Assembly: GCF_006345805.1 (NCBI RefSeq)
Contig: NC_043005.1
Coordinates: 92,690,001-92,754,000, forward strand
Origin: Octopus sinensis
Taxonomy: Eukaryota
Direction: 5' to 3'
DNA length: 64,000 bases
Numbering within the stretch: position 1 is the first letter of the stretch; each line of letters opens with the position of its first letter. The position numbers and the translations under genes were made by a program. A model generated the notes under the pieces. That model was not told where the DNA came from. It did no database searches and saw only the letters and a list, made by a program, of their open reading frames with translations. Shown in pieces: positions 58,031 to 64,000 of the stretch.

Positions 58031-61000
58031 CATTTTTTTTTTCACTATGAGTCATGTTTGTTTCCAGGCTATATTTTCTGTCTGACTCATTCTGAGAATA
58101 ACTCCTTTGAACTGAGTGGAATCTGAAAATGATAAACTTTATGGTTTCCGAAAAGGTGTTTTAAAAATATATTCCAACCATTTGCTTGGATGAATCATGA
58201 CAAATGTTATTTTCCTGTTAATACCTGATTTGAGAGTAATTTAATTTGGTAGATGTTTAATTTTAATTTCCTTTGAAACTCCATTGGCTACAATTATCGA
58301 ACATTTTGTTATGTGAATTAAAATGCAGCTCTTCAACTTGGACCAAACCAGCTCTTCTATGCATTGAAGTTTATTACATTAGCTTCTACCCACGTCTGTC
58401 ATCTCTAAAAAGGATCTGATACTGAGGAATATGATAAAATTCTGGAAGAATATGTGTAATAAGAGTTTTTTGATCCAAGATGTACAATTCATAAAGTTGG
58501 AAAATAACCATTGGAGAAAAAGGATTTCGGTACAATAAATTTGGTGAACAGGCAACCAAAATAGTGCAGTTCCCATTCTGTTTTGGCATAATGTGAGTAT
58601 GTCTTATTGGAATTGAGTTTGATTGCAGAACAGGAATAAATATCCACCACATTTTAAAAATCTTGCATGAATGCAAAAAAAAAAAAAATTGCAACAATTC
58701 TTTTTTCTTCTTTTTGTTTTTTTTAAACAGTTTTTTAGTTAAATTTCATTTTTGCATTTGGTTTGCAAGATTCTTAATGTCAAATAGTTCATTGAAACAA
58801 ATCTTGTTGTATTTTGAGAGATCCATTACGCCAATATTAAGCACACACACTGGTTTTATTTCACTTCTTTTATTATTAGTTGACCAGTTAACCATTTAAA
58901 TAATTGATTGTTTGATTAATCAGTCAATCATTCAATCAGCTAAGTTCATCTGCTAGAAATCCAATTACACTTTTTAATACTCACTTTTTGCACTGAGCAC
59001 ACAGTGTTGAGCTCCTACCTGAACCCTACATGTACAGCAAGATCATTTCCCAATCAACATTCTCATTAACTGGTGCTTATTTATTGATATGTTGACCTTT
59101 AAGTGCTTTGACCGTTAATCCTGCTTTCAAGATTGGAACATTTTCTATCGTTCAACAGATTCAACTATAAGAATCAGGTAATCACCATCTAAACTTCTGA
59201 AGCACAAGCAATCCTGAACTTTTCTGGTAAGGCCTCAAGAAATATAATTATTATTATTCTCCCCAGCAAATTTGTTGCCATTGTGCCAATATAATGACCA
59301 TTATTTTTACAGTGTTAGAGATGGCCATAATCACTAAAAGCAGATTTGTTTTAATCTGTGTAATAACATCTATGTCCACTTTCTCAGACCTATTATAATT
59401 ATCATTGTTAAAAAATAGGGAGTTGACAGAAAAGCAGAGTGAGGGACAAATCGTTTTACAATGTTTATATTCTTCCCTCTTTATTTGGAACTTAATTCTT
59501 GCTGGATTTAATTTTGGTTTTGCTGCTCAAAACAAATAAAAATCATTCAGCTGGTTTAGTCAGTTTACTGTGTCTCCTTGATTTGTGGCCTTATGCAAGT
59601 GTGATTTGGTATCATGAATGCCAGAAGGCATGAGATCATAAAAGCTGGTGGGGAAATTTTCCTGGCACAAAATAAATTAGTCATTTTGGAAGAAAATATT
59701 GATTTCCACTTGAATGAAAATTTGCAGAGTTAAGGAATGACACTGTGTGACATTCATGTTTTCCAAAAGACATCAATAGCCTAAATGAAGTTAATTAAAC
59801 TAATTTCAATTGGGAACCAAAGCTAGCTTACTGGAAATTCACCAATTACTCCACAACACTTGTCACAGCAACAGAGAAAAAAGTTTTTAGTTTGCAGCAG
59901 GGAACAATTTTGTTTAAGTCATGTTGGTTATTTCTGAAATTTAAATGAGTGTCAATGGGGGAGATAAATAAGCAATTCTGTAGATTGTATAACATTTCTT
60001 TTATAAGTTACAATAATAAAATAACAAATAATTTTCTTTTGGTATGAAATACTCAACTTGTAATCCCAAAATTAAGATTGCAAATACAAATGAGCAATGG
60101 CCTTTCCATTTTTCTAAAACTACAACAGATGCTCTTGAAATTCTAATAAAAATCAACATCCTGATAATCATCCAAAGTATTTTAAAATGGTAAAAAGTTC
60201 CTCTAAATCATTGGTGAAATGGTAAAGAATGATAAATAAGACCAATTGAGAAATGTGAAATACACCATGGATACCTTGACAAAGTATATTGACTTTGTTG
60301 GTTTTAAAGATAAAAGACAAATAATGGACGCTAATTTAATGAGGTTATCTATCAATGAATGAAAACTATAATTGTAATTGCAAATTAAAATACCACAAAA
60401 ACTTTACTGAAGTCAAACATAGTTGGAAATTGCTTAGCAACAAGTTGCACACCGTTTCTGCCTTTTCATTTACCTGACACTGAAGAGATACAGAAGGACT
60501 AATATAAGGGTGGAAGAAGTGAAGAGAACTCTCAGCTCTGTTAGCAAAAGTCTGAATGTGTGAAACTTTGTAGAAAAGTATGATGAGCGCTGAATATGGA
60601 GGCTGAAGATAAATAAAGAAAGCATGTTCTGTTTTATTTGTAATGCTTCCGTGCATGAAAAGTGGATTTAAAATAATGGTGAGGCATTAAAAGCATCAAC
60701 AAATGTTGAAATGGAAGCAAAGAGAACAGTGCTTGGACAGGCTTTTGATACTAATTGCAATGACTACTGGGGGACAAAGTGGTACATTGTTGGAGATCGG
60801 GGCTTGTTATAAAAAGACTGAGAAGGGCATAGTATCTCTGGATACTGGGCTCCATCGATGATATGCACAAAATATTGAGTATACAGCTCATGCCAGATTA
60901 AACATAGAAATGAAACAGCTGGTATTTAAGCAGAAACTACATTTTCTATTGGTCAGGCTGATATATAGCTAACTATTGATCTCATTATATTACTGATATT

Positions 61001-61671
61001 TAAGTAATTCCATACAGATGAGATGTAAAATGATTTTACAAAATTGCAGTGAACCAAAATTAGCATTATATTTCTAATTTAATGTTTTACCTGGTTTGAT
61101 TTTGTACATTTTGATTTCATTTTTTATATATTATGATTTAAACTTTCATCCCTTCTTGGTAGCGCCAAGCAACATCTAACATCCAGTATTTTGTTTAAAA
61201 AGAAAAAAGCTGAAACAAACTGCACAAATTCCCATCCCATTCTTTAATGATTCAAATGTTGCAATTGGATTTACATGGATTCTTATGACAAAAGAGCATG
61301 AAATGGAAAAGAACAAATATCTCATTTCTTTTTTTATTTTAGGAAGAAACTTATGTATGTAGATGTATATGTTTGTGTGGGTATATATATGTGTGTTTGT
61401 ATATATATGTGCTTGTGTATGTATGTGTGTGTATATCTATCTATCCATATACTAGCCTCTCTCTCTCTTTCTATATATATTAATAATTGTTAAATTTCTA
61501 AATAATATAAATTAATTTATGTATTGGATTAAGTCTTTCTTTGTTTGATTTGCATAATAGTGGTTTTGTCTCTAATTTAATATAATATAATATTTTACTA
61601 TAAAATTGGATTCAATCCTAAATCTGATTTTTCCCTGTAAGTTTGGATTTATTCCCTAATATTTATTATTA

Positions 61672-61760
61672 ATATATATATATATATATATAATATATAT
61701 ATATATATTCACACACACACATACATATATATATATATACGTACATACATACATACATTC

Positions 61761-61813
<53 letters not shown>

Positions 61814-61852
61814 ATACTCTTTTTCTTATATATATATATATGTGTATATATA

Positions 61853-61905
<53 letters not shown>

Positions 61906-61928
61906 TCTTTTTCTTATATATATATATT
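61672..61928. repeat. Compound (TA)n tract with duplicated CTCTTTTTCTTA spacer
   Basis: Direct reading. Confidence 0.93.
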
Positions 61929-62347
61929 ATCTGAATTTTATAGCATTAAGTATCCATCATGGCTGGTCTTACCAATCAGTATTGTGCAAAAATACAATGG
62001 AGTGTTAAGCAACAATCCAATTATATAATTATGCTCATCAGTGGTAGCCAACATGGAAGCGAATATGACGACTGCTCTCTATTATCGGAGGTGGATTAGG
62101 ACAACCGGTCAGCGGCTGCCTTGCAAAAACTGGTGAAACAAAAAAAAGAAAAAAATGGGCCAGGGAGTTTGGCTAGGAGTTATGCCCCTTGGTTAGGTAT
62201 ATTGTGAAGCCAGCAAGAGTTATCTTGAAGTGGAGAAAGTGTGTTTTAATAATGTGGTGCCCCTGCAGGGATGGGGTGTGTGGTATGTGTAGCTGTCTCA
62301 TATGTATAATTTTTTCTGGTGGGTGTAGGTATATATAGTGCTGTGTT

Positions 62348-62382
<35 letters not shown>

Positions 62383-62446
62383 CATACACACACACACAAA
62401 CAGAAACACACACACACACACACACAAACACACGCACACACACACA
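62348..62446. repeat. (TA)n-(CA)n compound microsatellite
   Basis: Direct reading. Confidence 0.93.
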
Positions 62447-62917
62447 TGTATAAGAAAATATATAAAGGATAGAAAAATAAGAGAAATTTTCTACCTGTGG
62501 CTAGCATGCATAAAATAGTCAATAGACAACATATTTTTCATATAAAATTAGTTTACATTCATACACTAAAGAGGTGACTCTAACAAGACACCTTACATGC
62601 TAAAAGGAGCAGTCAAAGCCCAAACCACAGTTAAGAGTAATTTTGAAGGGGATGAAATATAAAAACATTTTCAATAGTTACCACATGTATCTAGGTTTTG
62701 AACATCAATGAACAAATAAAATGATTTGCTATCTGTGTTCTCTTCAGCACGGGCACTACGATTAATGTATAATTATGGGACAAAAAGACAGCACATGTTG
62801 GAACATATATTTTTATTTGTTGCTGACTATAACTGTGCTTGCATGGTGGATTTGAAAAATTATAATGTATAAAGATGAGACATGTGCTATCTATATATAC
62901 ACATACACATAAATCTT

Positions 62918-63148
62918 CATCATTATCATCATCGTCATCATCATCTGTTAACATCTGTTGTCCATGCAGGCATGGGTTGGATGGTAAGCTGAGGGGCTGC
63001 ACAGACTCCAGTCTGATTTGGCATGGTTTTTATGGTTGGATGCCATTCCTAATGCCAAACACACTGAGAGTGTAATGGGTGCTTTTATGTGCCACCAATA
63101 CAGGTGCCATTTGTGTGACGCCAGTATCTGCCATGACTCTGATTTTAC

Positions 63149-63150
<2 letters not shown>
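62918..63150 (-). mobile_element. RTE tail fragment
   Basis: (CAT)n tail, CATGGGTTGGATGG, GATGCCATTCC core, TGTGCCACC module. Confidence 0.75.
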
Positions 63151-63190
<40 letters not shown>

Positions 63191-64000
63191 TAAGATGCAT
63201 ATTGATGTGCATTCATTAGGCTCTCATTATCCCCCAAACTCTTTGGGTTGATATATTTGTGCTTGCCTAGTATGGTCACAATGATTTTTATCAAATTCAT
63301 TTTGCTTCCTGACAATTCCCATTGTGTCTTTCATGGTGATGATATTCTTGTAAGTGTAATATTTTTATTGCTATTTCTGAAGATATCATTTCTATTCTTG
63401 GATTTTGAATGATGCTCTTTCAATGATGAAAAATGAATTCAGTTGTTAATCTTTTCTCAGTGACAGAGGGAATTTCCAAAGGTGAAAAATTTATTCTAAA
63501 GTCAAACTGACATTTTAGAAACTTAAGATACGGTTCGAAAATAATTTTGAATATTGGTAAGGATATTTTAAAAATAATCTCAACATCAGTTTTGGTAAAT
63601 CTAAAAATTAGAGATCAAACATAATGATGGCTGTTGATGGTAAACATTAGCATCTCACACATTTTGCTCTTCTCTTTCTTTCTCTACTCTCTCCGACCAT
63701 TCCGTATCTGGCCTCCACCTATCTAACCTTCATCTCTTGCCTACAGTGACTCTCAGGAATCCTTTCAACTCTTGCCCTTCCTTAGACTATTGTGTCCACT
63801 TTTCCTTACACCTTCTGTCCATACTCACCCCTTACAATAATTGATAGCCCTAGACTCCCCTTATACAAACCACCCTGTCATCTTTTCAAATCTCTCTCTT
63901 TTTCTCAATCCTATTTTTGATCCCTTCTCTTACCCCTGTTCCCTTCCATACTCATCCTACTTTTCCTATTACTTATCATTCTCTCTTCTGTTCTCCCTCA

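Noticed and set aside
62034-62041. CTGATGAG on the minus strand as a hammerhead core
   Set aside because: No downstream stem II-GAAA and no matching cleavage-site stems.

Overview
AT-rich, repeat-dense eukaryotic DNA. The SINE and LINE families resemble, from recall rather than a database search, those of a coleoid cephalopod, most likely Octopus. No host protein-coding gene, rRNA, tRNA or CRISPR array can be supported. The window is a transposon landscape. It holds three long RTE-clade LINE copies (1509-5880 minus, apparently full length and inserted into a SINE; 11491-16281 minus and 42150-45267 plus, both 5'-truncated), one decayed copy (29075-30165) and many orphan RTE 3' tails ending in (GAT)n. 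Also present are tRNA-derived SINEs of two families, four mariner remnants, two non-autonomous Helitrons, a MITE with 8-bp TSD, two fold-back palindromes, an LTR-like promoter cassette, Penelope-like remnants, a ~104-copy 28-bp minisatellite and many microsatellites. The most notable biology is in the RTE family. Its ORF carries a C4HC3 PHD-type finger after the RT core, it has a possible spliced or dual N-terminus, its 3'UTR is built from expandable 62-nt double-hairpin modules, two copies sit in (TA)n tracts, and two inverted copies share inactivating lesions.
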